From the human T2T-CHM13v2.0 reference genome, Homo sapiens: 64,000 nucleotides of DNA. Positions 14,151 to 27,600 of this stretch are shown here, one piece after another (position 1 is the first letter of the stretch; each line of letters begins with the position of its first letter). The position numbers were made by a program, and so were the translations under genes. The notes below the pieces were generated by a model. The model saw only the letters and a program-made list of their open reading frames with translations, did no database searches and had not been told where the DNA came from. Location of the stretch: the NCBI RefSeq assembly GCF_009914755.1, contig NC_060929.1. One strand, given 5' to 3'.

Positions 14151-15041
14151 ACATGATGTCAGAAAATATGCAAGCTAAAAGATGATGGAGAGACAACTTT
14201 AAAATGGATATTAAAATATCTGTTACTAGAAAAGTACTTGAAAAGTTAAAGACTAGAATAAAAATGTTATGCAAATATTAATCCAAGGAAACTGGAATAA
14301 TGTTTTCATATAAGACCATTTAAATATCAGAAAAAGAAATGTTACCAGCATAAAGTAAGACTTCTTTAACAATATTTTTTTCAGTTTATCAATGGGGACA
14401 TAATATCCTTAAATATTTGGAGAAATATTTAATTTGGAGAAATATTTATGCATTGAAATGAGTTTCAATGCATAAAGCAAGATTTAATAGAATACAGAGG
14501 AGAGAGGGAGAGACAGACAGTGAGGAGAGAGAGAACTGTAGAAATCTACAATTCTATTGGATTTTTGCTGCACTGCTATCTCAAAACTATTAGAACAAAT
14601 AGAAAACTAATAAGGACATATTGAAGAGCATTATCAGCTAACTTGACCTAAAAGATATTTAGAGAATACTCACATGAAAATAACAAGACATACATTATTT
14701 TCAATGGTACGTAGATTATTCTACAAAACAGACAATATTTCATGCCATATGGAGCGTCATTAAATTTCAAAAAGTGCCCATAAATTGGAAAATACCACTT
14801 GTATTCTCTGGCCACAATAAAAATAAAAAGAAAATCAGTAACAGGAAGCTGTCTAAAAATTGTCCTCATATTTGGAAATAAGCTAAACATTATTAATTGA
14901 TGAGTAAAATGAAATCACATAAAAAATAGAAAAGTGTTGAACTGAAAAATAAAATATAACATGCTAAAATTTAAGAAATGTCTTTAAACCCAGGCTTACA
15001 GAAATTCTGTCAAAACCCTCATGTTAGAAAATCACAAAAGT

Positions 15042-15372
15042 GGCCGGGTGCAGTGGCTCATGACTGTAATCCCAGCACTTGGGGAGGCCAGGGCAGGTGG
15101 ATCACGAGGTCAGGAGATCGAGACCAGCCTGGGTAACACGGTGAAACCCCATCTCTACTAAAAAATAAAAATAAAAATAAAAAAAACCAAAAAAACAAAA
15201 AAAAATTAGCTGGGTGTGGTGGCACGCACTTTTAGTCCCAGCTACTTGGGAGGCTGAGGCAGTATAATCGCTTAAACCCGGGCAGTGAAGGCTGCAGTGA
15301 GCCAAGATTACACCCCTTCACTCCAGCCTGGGCGACAGAGAAAGACTCCATCAAATAAAAAAAAAAAAAGAA
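15042..15372 (+). mobile_element. AluSc/Y-like with expanded central A-linker
   Basis: GGATCACGAGGTCAGGAGATCGAGACC; TSD AGAAAATCACAAAA. Confidence 0.95.
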
Positions 15373-15399
15373 AGAAAATCACAAAATGTAACTTTCCAA

Positions 15400-15520
15400 G
15401 TGATAGTTAAACTAAAAGCCCAGACTTTGCCACTACATGATATACGCGTGTAAGAAACCTGTACTTGTACCCCCGCAGATACACAAAAATAAAAATTAAT
15501 AAAGAAATAAAGAAAAAATA
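15400..15520 (+). mobile_element. L1PB-type extreme 3' end
   Basis: CTAAAAGCCCAGACTTTGCCACTAC...GTAAGAAACCTGTACTTGTACCCCC plus A-tail. Confidence 0.75.
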
Positions 15521-18459
15521 CCAAAGCCTCATATTAATGCTCAACGTTTTACTTAAAGAAACTAGAAATTAAGAACAATACTAAACTTAAAACAAAAAGA
15601 AATACCAAAACAGAAATGAAAAGACTCCGGAAAACAGAAAACAATAAAAACAGAGAAAAAAACACCAAGTATTTTCTTTCAAAGGACAAATAAAATTTAT
15701 AAATTCTATTAGGAAACTGATTGTGCAAAAAGAAAATACAAAATTACCAATGTCAGAAAACACTGAGAGAAAATTACAAAGCCTATAGACATTAGAACAA
15801 TAAGGTTATATTACAAACAATTATTTCCAATATATTTGATATTTTAAAAAGAGAAACTGCCAAACTCATTAAAAAGGTAGATGACCAGAACAGGCCCATA
15901 TCTATTATGAAGAAGTGGAAAATTTTGCCAAAAAAGAAAAGCTCTTGTCATGTCAAGTTGCCTTCACAGTGGAAGTTTAGCAAGCATTTAAGAAGAAAAT
16001 AATGCCAACTTTATACGAATACACCACAGAATAAAGACAGAAAGAACACTAATTAACTATTTTGATGATACCACCATTATCCTGTCAGTGAAATCTTTTC
16101 AAAGATATTACAAGGAAATATAACTATAGACCAACATCCTTCAGAGAGGTAGACGCAAATGTCTTTACCAAACTTTTAGCAAGTAGAACTCAATGATACA
16201 TTAAGAAGATAATGCTCAACTACCAAGTAGGGTTCATTTGAGGAATAAAATTGTTTTAATGTTTAAAAATAATGGAATTACTATATAAAGGGATTAAATA
16301 AGAATCCATATGATAATTTTTAATGTCAGAAAAAGCATTGAAAATTACCATTCATGATTTTTAAACAACTCCATAATTCAAAAGAAATCATTTTCAACCT
16401 GATAAAGGCAGCTTTGTGAAACCTACACTCAGCACTATGTATAACAGTGAAAACCTGTATGTTTTGCTACAAGATCAGAAACAAGATGAGGAAGTATTTT
16501 CTCACTACTTATACTTGACTTGTAAGAAAGGTACTAGCCAGTGCAGTAGGCAAGAAATAAAAGGAATATAGATTGTATGGAAGACATAGAATTGTCTGTA
16601 TTTGTCAATAGCATGATCATCTATGTAGAAAGGCCTAAAGAACTTTTAAAGACTATGATAATTTATAAGTGAGTTTAGCTAGGTTGCAGGATGCATGGTC
16701 AATATGCAAATATTAGTGTATTTCCATTTCTAGAAATGAATATTTGGAAATTGAAATTTTAAGAAAGACCACTTACAAGAGCATAAAATACAAGAGCATA
16801 AAATTTGTGTCCTCTGTAGAGGACACAAATAAAGGGAGAGAAATATCATGCTCATGGATCACGAGGCTCAATATTGTTAAGATGCCAAAACTTAATCTTC
16901 AGTTACAACGCAATCTCAATGAAAACCCCAACAGGCTATTTCCTTCACTATAAAATTGAAAAACTGCTTTTAAAATTTTTGTGGAAATACAGAGAATCTA
17001 AGCAAGGCAAAACAACTTTGAAAAGGAGCAAAGATAGATAATTCATACTGTATGACTTCAAGACTTACCATAAAACTACAATAATTTAGAGTGTATTGTT
17101 GTGTTAGGATTGCATTGGAATATATTAGAGTCCAGAAATAGACCAAGACATATATGGTCAATTGATTTTTAAAAAAGGTGCCAAGATAATTCAGTAGATA
17201 AAAAATAGTCTTTTCAACAAATTGTGAAACAATTAGATATCTGTGTACAAATAAAAATGTATATCTCTAGACTTACTACTTACTGAATTACAAAACTAAC
17301 TGGAAGTGGATTATAAATCCAAAGCAAAGACTAAAAGTATAGAACTAAAAGAAAAAATAGGAGAAATTATTTGCCATCTTGAATTAAGTGCAGATTTTTT
17401 AAAAGAAGTCACACATTGACAAAAAGAGAGTACAGTATAAGCATAAACCGTGAAATTTTAAAAAAAATAATAAATTTGACTCCATAGAGATTATTAAAAA
17501 GTTTTTCAAAATATAGCATTAGGGAAATAAAAGGCCACTAGGAAAAAAATATTTGGAATTTATATATTTGATAAAGGACATGAATACAAGATATGTAAAG
17601 CAATAAGAGCTCTTACAACTCAATAATAAGAGAAACCAGATCTTAAGTGAAAGATTTGAATAAACTTGTCACCAAATAAGATGTAGATATAGGAATGGCA
17701 AATGAAAAGGTGCTCGACTGCATTGGTCATTAGGAAAGCAGAGGATAGAGCAAATCCCAGGCCTCCTGAGGCTCAGCTGCAGATGCTTCTCAGGGACTAT
17801 CACCAGTCTCCACTTAGAAAGCTATGGGAATGGAGTCAGTTTGGAATTTGCCTTCCTTTAACAAACACCTTATGCAATAAAAATTAAAAAGAGAAGTGTA
17901 ATAAATTCATCAAAATCCAGTTTGTGATTATATGTTACATTTAAATAATGTAACATATTATCTCTACTCAATATAATGGAAAGTTTTCTAAGAGAAAACT
18001 AAATTTAAAATTGTATAGCTCTATAAATTCTAGTTTGGTTTTCAGATTGCTCAGTCTTCAGAAAACACTAGGGCAAGACTCACTATATCTTCTATAAAAG
18101 AAGCAAGCTTTGGTTTCATTAATAAAATTATTGTACAATGTGATTAACTTTAGCCAATAAAGGGTAGTTTAGTTAGTTCATGCTTATTTACTAATAATGT
18201 CCAGATTCTGAATCATCTATTGTAAGCACTTTTGGAAGTAAAATAAATATACCTTTGTATTTTAACCCCACGCCTGTTTAGGAAACCGTCCCAGAACGAT
18301 GAAAAAAATTGAAAAACTGGTTCCCTTCACTGTTTAGTGTTCACATGTAGTACTGTGTATTTTCTCTTTGACTTCACCATTAAATATCCAATGTATAAAA
18401 ATTCATGGTAATCTCCTTATTTCATGGTTCAGGTGGTATTTTAAGGTGTCTATAATAGA

Positions 18460-19110
<651 letters not shown>

Positions 19111-19776
19111 TTTTAAAACTGAATATGTAGACAACTTTCTTTTTCTTAGGGAACTACAATTACTTGATTTAGTAACAGCAGCTTTTTAAAAATATTTTAA
19201 CACAGCAATTTTTTCATGAATGTTGTAGTGAGATGAAAAAGTTAAAATATAATGTTAAAACATATAATTAAATTTACTATTTTTCTAGAGAAACAGACCA
19301 TGAAAATGGGTATATGATTACTTATATCTGTGATGTGTTATCCATTGTACTATCTCCTAAATTCCTTATAATGGCTGAAATGTGTTTATTCTTGAAGATT
19401 TGTTATTCTACATGAATTAACAAAAAAGAGTACTATTTTAACTGGGCAAGGAGAATTGTACTAGTTAAGCACATTCTTAAACTCTAACGGGCACATGACA
19501 TTTATATTCTAATGTTCTAATAAAAATTTAGTTTCTAAAATTTTACCTACAAAGTGTTTTAATTGGCTCATAAATAAAATGCACACATATATGTAACAAT
19601 ATTCTTTTAGACATCTACTTTAAAAATGTTAATAAGGGTGTATAAAGATAAAAAGTTTCATGCAGTGTTTTGAACAGAGTAATATTATTAGAACATTTCT
19701 TTGTACTTATTTTTTAAAAATAAAGGGAAAAGGAGGTAACAAGAAAGGCCTTTACTTGGAGCCAGTTTCAATTAGA

Positions 19777-19980
19777 TGCCTTAGCTGCTTAGAGTTTGGT
19801 GCTAACGAGGTCAAGGCACAGGGTCTAATCCTTGCATGGGACAATTAGCATTGTTCTGCTCCAGCTCTCAGACTACGTATCTTGCAGAGTGCCCCACTCA
19901 CAAAAAGGAAGCCAGGTAATAAAGTGTTGGAGGATCGCTGAAATCTGAAAAATCTCAGTTGAATAACACTCAGGCAACAT
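19777..19980 (+). mobile_element. MamSINE1-like ancient SINE with tRNA-Ile-derived head
   Basis: TTAGAGTTTGGTGCTAACGAGGTCAAGG...GGGTCTAATCC head followed by a body colinear with recalled MamSINE1. Confidence 0.65.
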
Positions 19981-20099
19981 CACTGCCCCACTGTAGCTCT
20001 ATTATGTTTCAGTTAAACTGGTCACTCTTGGGTCCAAATTATGCTGTGTGTGTGATTTCCAGCCTTTGTGAACTTTTTTCTTTAATCCTCTGTGTCATT

Positions 20100-20395
20100 C
20101 ATATTTTTACAAATTAAAATTCTTCTCATCCCTTAAGTCTTAAGACATTTGACATGTCTTTTACCAACCATCGCCACTTTATTCTCTCACATTAAAAGAA
20201 TCATGTTTATTGTAATCATGAGATATTGGTCTTATATTTTATACATATGTATGTGATAAAAATCCACTTGAAAACCTTGAATTAGATATCCTGTGTTACT
20301 ATTCATCTTTATGTCTCAGTGTGTTTTGAACATATTTCCATAAATATTTGCTGAAAAAATGTATAAAGAGATAGTAAATAAGTGAAAGAATGAAG
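20100..20395 (+). mobile_element. L2 3' fragment
   Basis: TATTCATCTTTATGTCTCAGTG...ATAAATATTTGCTGAA. Confidence 0.45.
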
Positions 20396-20576
20396 GTAGT
20401 TCCCAAGTTGCAATTAATTACCTCGGCTTTAATCTGGAGTATGCACAGCACTTGACAGTTTATGTTTTTATTACTAAAGAAGAACAGTCTTTATATACAA
20501 TAACTCCATATTGTGAATATTTTTAAACAAAGTTTAAATTGGAGCATGGCTCCAAAATACCATGGTTAGTATTTTC

Positions 20577-20869
20577 TTTTTTTGTTTTGTTTTGTTTTTT
20601 AACAGCAACTCGTTCTGTCACCTAGGCTGAAGTGCGGTGGTGCTATCACAGCTCACTCTAGCCTCAACCTCCTGCACTCAAGCGATCCTCCCACTTCATC
20701 CTACTGAGTAGCTGGGACTACAGGCACATGCCACTATGCCTGACTAATTTTCTTTTTTTAACTTTTTATAGAGACAGGTATCTCAATATATTGCCCAGGC
20801 TCAAGCAATCCTTTTGCCTTGGCCTTCTAAAGTGCTTGGATTACAGGTGTGAGCCAACCTTGCCCAGCC
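20577..20869 (-). mobile_element. AluJ (Jo-like)
   Basis: CTCAAGCGATCCTCCCAC; TSD AGTATTTTC. Confidence 0.92.
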
Positions 20870-21289
20870 AGTATTTTCACTTTTATTAAAAATTTTATTA
20901 CATACGAATTAGGAATACATTAGCTTCAAATAACAGTATCCGACTTTGTCTTTCTCCTAAAAAATAATTATAGTATTGTTTGGAAGGATATCAGGCTCAG
21001 AGAAGCAATGAGAAAGAGGAAAAGCAGATTTAGAAACTGGCCTTTAATTAAATAAAGTAACTTCAGAGGAGCAAAAAGTTGAAAGTCACAAAACCATCTT
21101 TTATCTGGAATAGTCTGGCCAGAATGCAAGCATATTGTAAAAACTACCTTTGTTCTTGCTTTAATACAATTCAACGGCCATGAATTACACACTCAAGATT
21201 TAAATTCCTGAGTAGCAGGGTCCTAGTGAAGGACCCTTAGCTGCCAGGAGATGGAGAGAGAAAAAATCTAGGTCTGTACTTTCCATAGG

Positions 21290-21840
21290 GTTGTTAACTC
21301 ACCACAAGTGTCCATTGAGCCCCTGAGATGTGGTTGGTCTTAACTGAGATGGGCTGTAAGTAAAATACGCTGGGTTTTAAAGATTTAGTAAAAATGGCAA
21401 GAAAGTAAAATCTCTCACTATTTTCATATCGCTTATATGTTGAAACTGGTTAAGTAAAATGTATTAATGAAATTAATTTTAGTGGCCGGGCGCGGTGGCT
21501 CACTCCTGTAATCTTAGCACTTTGGGAGGCCAAGGCGGGAGAGTTACCTGAGGTCAGGGGTCAGCCTAGCCAATGTGGGGAAACTCCGTCTACTAAAAAT
21601 ACAAAAATTAGCCCAGCGTGGTGGCACGCACCTATAATCCCAGCTACTCGGGTGGCTAAGGCAGGAGAATCACTTGAACCCGGGAGGCTGAGGTTGCGGT
21701 GAGCCGAGATGGCGCCATTTCACTCCAGCCTGGGTGAAAGAGCGAAACTCCATCTTAATAATAATAATAACAATAATAACAATAATAATAATAATGTTAC
21801 CTAGTTTTAAAAGTTTTTTTTTTTATTGTGACCATTAGGA
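21290..21840. mobile_element. MER33-like hAT-Charlie element split by Alu
   Basis: TGTAAGTAAAATAC...AAAGATTTAGTA...TATATGTTGAAA...ATGAAATTAATTT. Confidence 0.65.
21484..21795 (+). mobile_element. AluS (Sq/Sp/Sx-like) with (AAT)n tail
   Basis: full dimer. Confidence 0.95.
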
Positions 21841-23156
21841 CTAACAAACTAATAGTGAATATTTGATATCATTAGGATCAATCATGGAATGGGCACCACA
21901 CATTCACAAAGAACTTTAAATTTTGGTTTTTGACTTTTTTCCAAGTGACTCAATACATAGCAACACAGAAATCTATTACTATTTAGACAGAAACATAAAG
22001 ATACTCATTATCCTTTAATGTTTATCTCATTATCAGGTTTCAGAGCCTATTTTTAAAAATCTTCTGAATGCAGAAATTATATTCCATTATATTTGCTTAA
22101 TGTATTTTATTTTTTCAAGAGATGTATTTAAAATAAAAGATACACATTTACATATTTACTTTAGTGAAGTTCTACTTATAACTGTCAGAGTTTTATGTGA
22201 AACAAATCAATAGTGTGAAAGCTCAATATTTCGTATTAAAATCATATGAATTCAAGTCCTCTCTGTGTATCTATCTTTCCCATTCCTTCTTTAGTATTCA
22301 TTAGTATTTCAAGTAATTCTTTTAATTGCCTCTTTACTGTATAATGCCATCTGGTAATAATGTCATAAATATAAATATTTTATTTTAAATATTTTATGAG
22401 CTTTTGAAGGTATCTTAGTTTTATCACCCATATTTCTGCAAAATTAGATATCTTAGTTTTATTGCCAAATCTCTGCTGGGTACACAAAGTGTTCTCAGTT
22501 AATATGCCTAAATTGGACTACTTGTCAAAAAGAAAAAGTGTAAGCCACTAGTAAAAAAATTTTAAAGACAAAGACAATAAGAAAAGTCTAAGAATTTTAT
22601 TCCAAAACACTTTTAGGAATGAAAGTGAATCCCATGTTTAGGATTTGGAGGCTATTTTGTTATAACAAAATGCTTCATATTTAGAATACATCATCAAGGT
22701 GAAAGTGTTATGTGAGATTTGTTTGAATGCTAATATGTCACTGTTTTATAAAACGTTTATTATTGCCAAATACACTGGAAACTGTTTGTAAAGCTCAGTT
22801 TTGGAAATAGGATTAACATATACTTCAGTTTAAATATAAAATGACAAAAGATTTTTATATATGGCTTTATTTTAAATGCAAAGAATATTTTAGAATTTTT
22901 GTTTAGTTTGTAGTTTGAATGTATATAGCAAATCTCTATTGGCTCTTATTAAATTATTAAAATGATTTCGTGCTTAAATCAAACAGGTAATATGATTACC
23001 CTTTGCATTTTCTTGATCTTCTGTGTTTTTATCTGTAAGTTATTTTGGTATTATAGTTATATAATTATGTGCATTCAGTTTACAAATACAATAATTCTAT
23101 AGGACAATTTTTAGAGAAAAATGTGAGTGCATCTTCATTATATAAAGGCTGTTAGA

Positions 23157-23318
23157 GGCCAGGTGTGGTGGCTTACACCTGTAATCCCAGCACTTTGGGA
23201 AGGTGAGGCAGGCAGACCACCTGAGCCTAGGATTTGGAGACCAGCCTGGGCAAAATAGTGAGACCTCATCTCCACAAAAATTTTAAAAATAATAATTTTT
23301 TAAAAAATAAAATGAAAA
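23157..23318 (+). mobile_element. Free left Alu monomer (FLAM_C-like)
   Basis: single monomer with A-rich tail; TSD ATAAAG(G/A)CTGTTAGA. Confidence 0.9.
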
Positions 23319-24137
23319 ATAAAGACTGTTAGAGAAAGTGTAGCTATTTATTTATAATATGCTCCAGATTTCTAAGTCAAGTGATATAGTTAAAAAAAAG
23401 ATAACTAGAAATGGAAGATCTTGAAATTTATTATATTGAGGAAAGAAGTAAACATCACAAATACTGTAGATATCTCATTTAAAAGATAAATTTAGCAGTG
23501 AGTTTGTGTCTTTGCAAGCTAGGAAAACGAATGGAAACTACAAATTTAATTAAATGATAGAACAGAGGTATAGAAGCACTTCTAATTTAAAATTGTGTTT
23601 GTGTGTTTTTAAGAAATTAATAAATTGCTGTATTTTTATTAGAAAAAAGCATTTTTATTTTAACAACTCAAAGAATACATAAAGTTTGAAAAATAAAGTG
23701 AATTTCTATCACAAATAGCTGATATTACTTTTGTTTCCATATTTCTAATCTTCTGTGCATATATATACATATATATCATATGTATTTAAAGAGATACAAG
23801 CATGCTAATTTCTGCATATTCTTATTGTATATGTTACTGTCATATTATATATTACGAAGTATTTTGTTACTTAAAATTATGTGTAAGTATAATGCATATA
23901 AATATGTATACTTCATGTCAGATAATACTAAACATTATTTGTATTTATAAATATTAGTGTTAACTTTCATATATGAGATAGAAATACAAAGTCTGTCTTA
24001 TTTATCATATATTATTATCATATGATAAAATATATGCAACGTTCCACATAATCATTCTCTCACCAACTGTAATTTTATATCCATATAACTGATGTCATCA
24101 TTCTGGTCATATCCTTAGACAATTTTCTCCATGTTTA

Positions 24138-24579
<442 letters not shown>

Positions 24580-24679
24580 CTACATGAAATTAATATTTCA
24601 TTTGGTTATCTTTTTAATGCATCCTCTGAGACTGTTGTTTTTCTTCCCCATAACTCTTCTCCAGTAGCAATTTTTAAAA

Positions 24680-27600
24680 TATTTTTTATTATTTTTAATT
24701 TTTTATTACTTTTTAAAATTGTTGTGGGTACATAATAGTAGTATGTATTTATGGGATACATGAGATGTTTTGATACAGGCATGCAATGTGAGATAAGCAC
24801 ATCATGGAAAATGGGGTATCCATGCCCTCAAGCACTTATCCTTTCAGTTACAAACAATCCAATTACACTGTTTAAGTTATTTAAAAATATACAATTAGGT
24901 TATTATTGGCTGTAGTCACCCTATTGTGCTATCAAATACTAGGTCTTATTTATTCTTTCTATATTTTTTACCTATTAACCACCTCTACCTCCGCAATAAC
25001 TCCTCACTACCATTGCCAGCCTCTGGTTACCATCCTTCTACTCTTTATGACCACAAGTTCGTATGTTTTGAATTTTAGATGACACAAATAAGTGAGAACA
25101 TGAGATGTTTGTATTTCTGTGCCTGGCTTATTTCACTTAACATATTGATCTTTAGTTTCATCCATTTTGTTGCAAATGACTGGATCTCATTCTTTTTAAT
25201 GGCTGACTAGTACTCCATTATACTACATTTTCTTTCCACTCATCTGTTGATGGATACTTAGGTTGCTTCTAAATCTCAGCTATTGTAAATAGTGCTACAA
25301 CAAACCTAGGAGTGCAGATATCTCTGATATACTGATTTTTTTTTCTTTTGGGTATATACCCAGCAATGGGGTTGCTGGATCATATTGTTGCTCTACTTTT
25401 AATTTTTTGAGGAACTTCCAATCTGTTCTCCACAGTGATTGTACTAGTTTACATTTCTACCAACAGTGTATGAGAGTTCCTTCTCTCCATATCCTTACCA
25501 GTGTGTGTTATTGCCTGTCTTTTGGATATAAGCCATTTAATGAAGGTGAGATGATATTTCATTGTAGTTTTAATTTATATTTCTCTGATGATCAATACTG
25601 TTGAGTACCTTTTCATATGCCTGTAGCCATTTATATGTCTTCTTTTGAGAAATGTCTGTTCAAATCTTTTGCCCATCTTTTGATTGGGTTATTAGATTTT
25701 TTCCTGTAGAGTTGTTTGAACTCCTCATATATTCTGGCTATTAATCCCTTGTCAGATGAGTAGTTTGCAGATATTTTCTCACATTCTGTGACTTGTCGCT
25801 TCACTTTGTTGATTGTTTTCTTTGCTGTTGAGAAACTTTTTAACTTGATGTGATCATTTTTGTCCATTTTTGCTTTGGTCGCTTGTGCTTGTGGGCTATT
25901 AATCAAAAAATGTTTGCCCAGACCAATGTCCTGGAGATGTTACTTATTGTTTTCTTGTAGTATTTTCATAGCTTGAAGTATTAGATTTAAATCTTTAATC
26001 CATTTTAATTTAATTTTGTATATGGCAAGAGATAGGGATCTAGTTTTACTATTTTGCATATGGACACCCAGTTTTCCCAGCATCATTTTTTGAAGATACT
26101 GTCTTCTCCCCAGTGAATGTTCTTGGCACCTTTGTCAAAAATGAGTTCTCTGTAGGCATGTGGATTTGGGATTTCTGTTTGGTTCCATTGGTCTATGTAT
26201 CTGTTTTTATGCCAATACCAGGCTGTTTTGCTTACTATAGCTCTGTAGTATAATTTGAAGTCAGGTAAAGTGATTCCTCCAGTTTGTTCTTTTTGCTTAG
26301 GATAGCTTTGGCTATTCTGGGTCTCTTGTGGTTCCACATAAATTTTAGAAATGCTTTTCTTATTCCTGTGAAGAATGTCATTTTTATTTTGATAGGGATT
26401 ACATTGAATCTGTAGGTTGCTTGGGGTAGTATGGACATTTTAACAATACTTATTTTTCCAATCCATGAACATAGAATATATTCCATTTTTGTGTGTCCTC
26501 TTCAATTTCTTTCATCTGTGTTTTATAGTTTCCATTATAGAGATCTTTCACTTCTTCTGTTAGGTTAATTCCTAGGTATTTAATTTTATGTGTGGCTATT
26601 GCAAATGGGATTACTTTTTGAATTTTGATTTCATATTATTCATTGTTGGCATGTAGACATGCTACTGATTTTTGTATATTGATTTTGTATTGCTCAACTT
26701 TACTGAATGTAATTATCAGTTCTAGTAGTTTTCTTGTGGAGTCTATTAGGTTTTTCCAAATATAAGACTATATCATCCTCAAACAAGGATAATTTAACTT
26801 CTTCCTTTCCAATTTGGATGCCATTTATATCATTCTCTTGTCTGATTGCTCTAGTTAGAATTTCAGTACTATGTTCAATAACAGTGCTGACAATGACAGT
26901 GGGCATCCTTGTAACATTCCAGATCTTATAGAAAAGTCTTTAACTTTTTGCCCATTCAGCATGATAATAACTGTGGGAATGTCATCTATGGCTTTTATTA
27001 TAATGAGGTGAGTTTCTTCTGTACTCAGTTCTTTTAGGTTTTTTATTGTGAAGGTATGTTAAATTTTATCAAATGCTTTCCCAGCATAAATTGCATTGCT
27101 CATACTGTTTTTATCCTTTATTCTCTTGATTTGATGTATCATGTTGATTGATTTGCGTATGTTGAACCATCCTTGTATCCCAGGGATAAATCCCACTTAG
27201 TCATGATGAATCATCTTTCTAATGTATTGTTGAATTTTGTTTTCTAGTGTTTTGTTGAGAATTTTTGCATCAATATTTATGGGCCTATAGTTTTCTTTTT
27301 TTATGTGTCTTTGTCTGGTTTTGGTATCAGGGTAATACTGGCCTCATAGAATGGGTTTGGAAGTATTCCCTCCTTATTTATTTTTTGGAATAGTTTGAGT
27401 AGGATTGGTATTAGTTCTTCTTTAAGTGTTTGGTAGAATTCAGCAGTGAAGCCATTATGTTCTGGGCTTTTCTTTACTGGAAGACATTTTATTACAGCTT
27501 CCATCTCATTACTTGTTAATCGTCTGTTCATGTTTTGGATTCTGTCCTAGTTCAATCTTGGTAGGTTTTATTTATCTAGGAATTTGTCCATTTTTAAGCA

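Larger units (their letters stand above)
14150..17742 (+). mobile_element. Old L1M (L1MC/MD-age) ORF2 remnant
   Basis: colinear EN-to-C-terminal ORF2 motifs, e.g. ORF 16744-16953 (CSWITRLNIVKM). Confidence 0.75.

Noticed and set aside
19777-19850. Functional tRNA-Ile gene
   Set aside because: The stems, anticodon loop and B box are degenerate, and the sequence continues into a SINE body.
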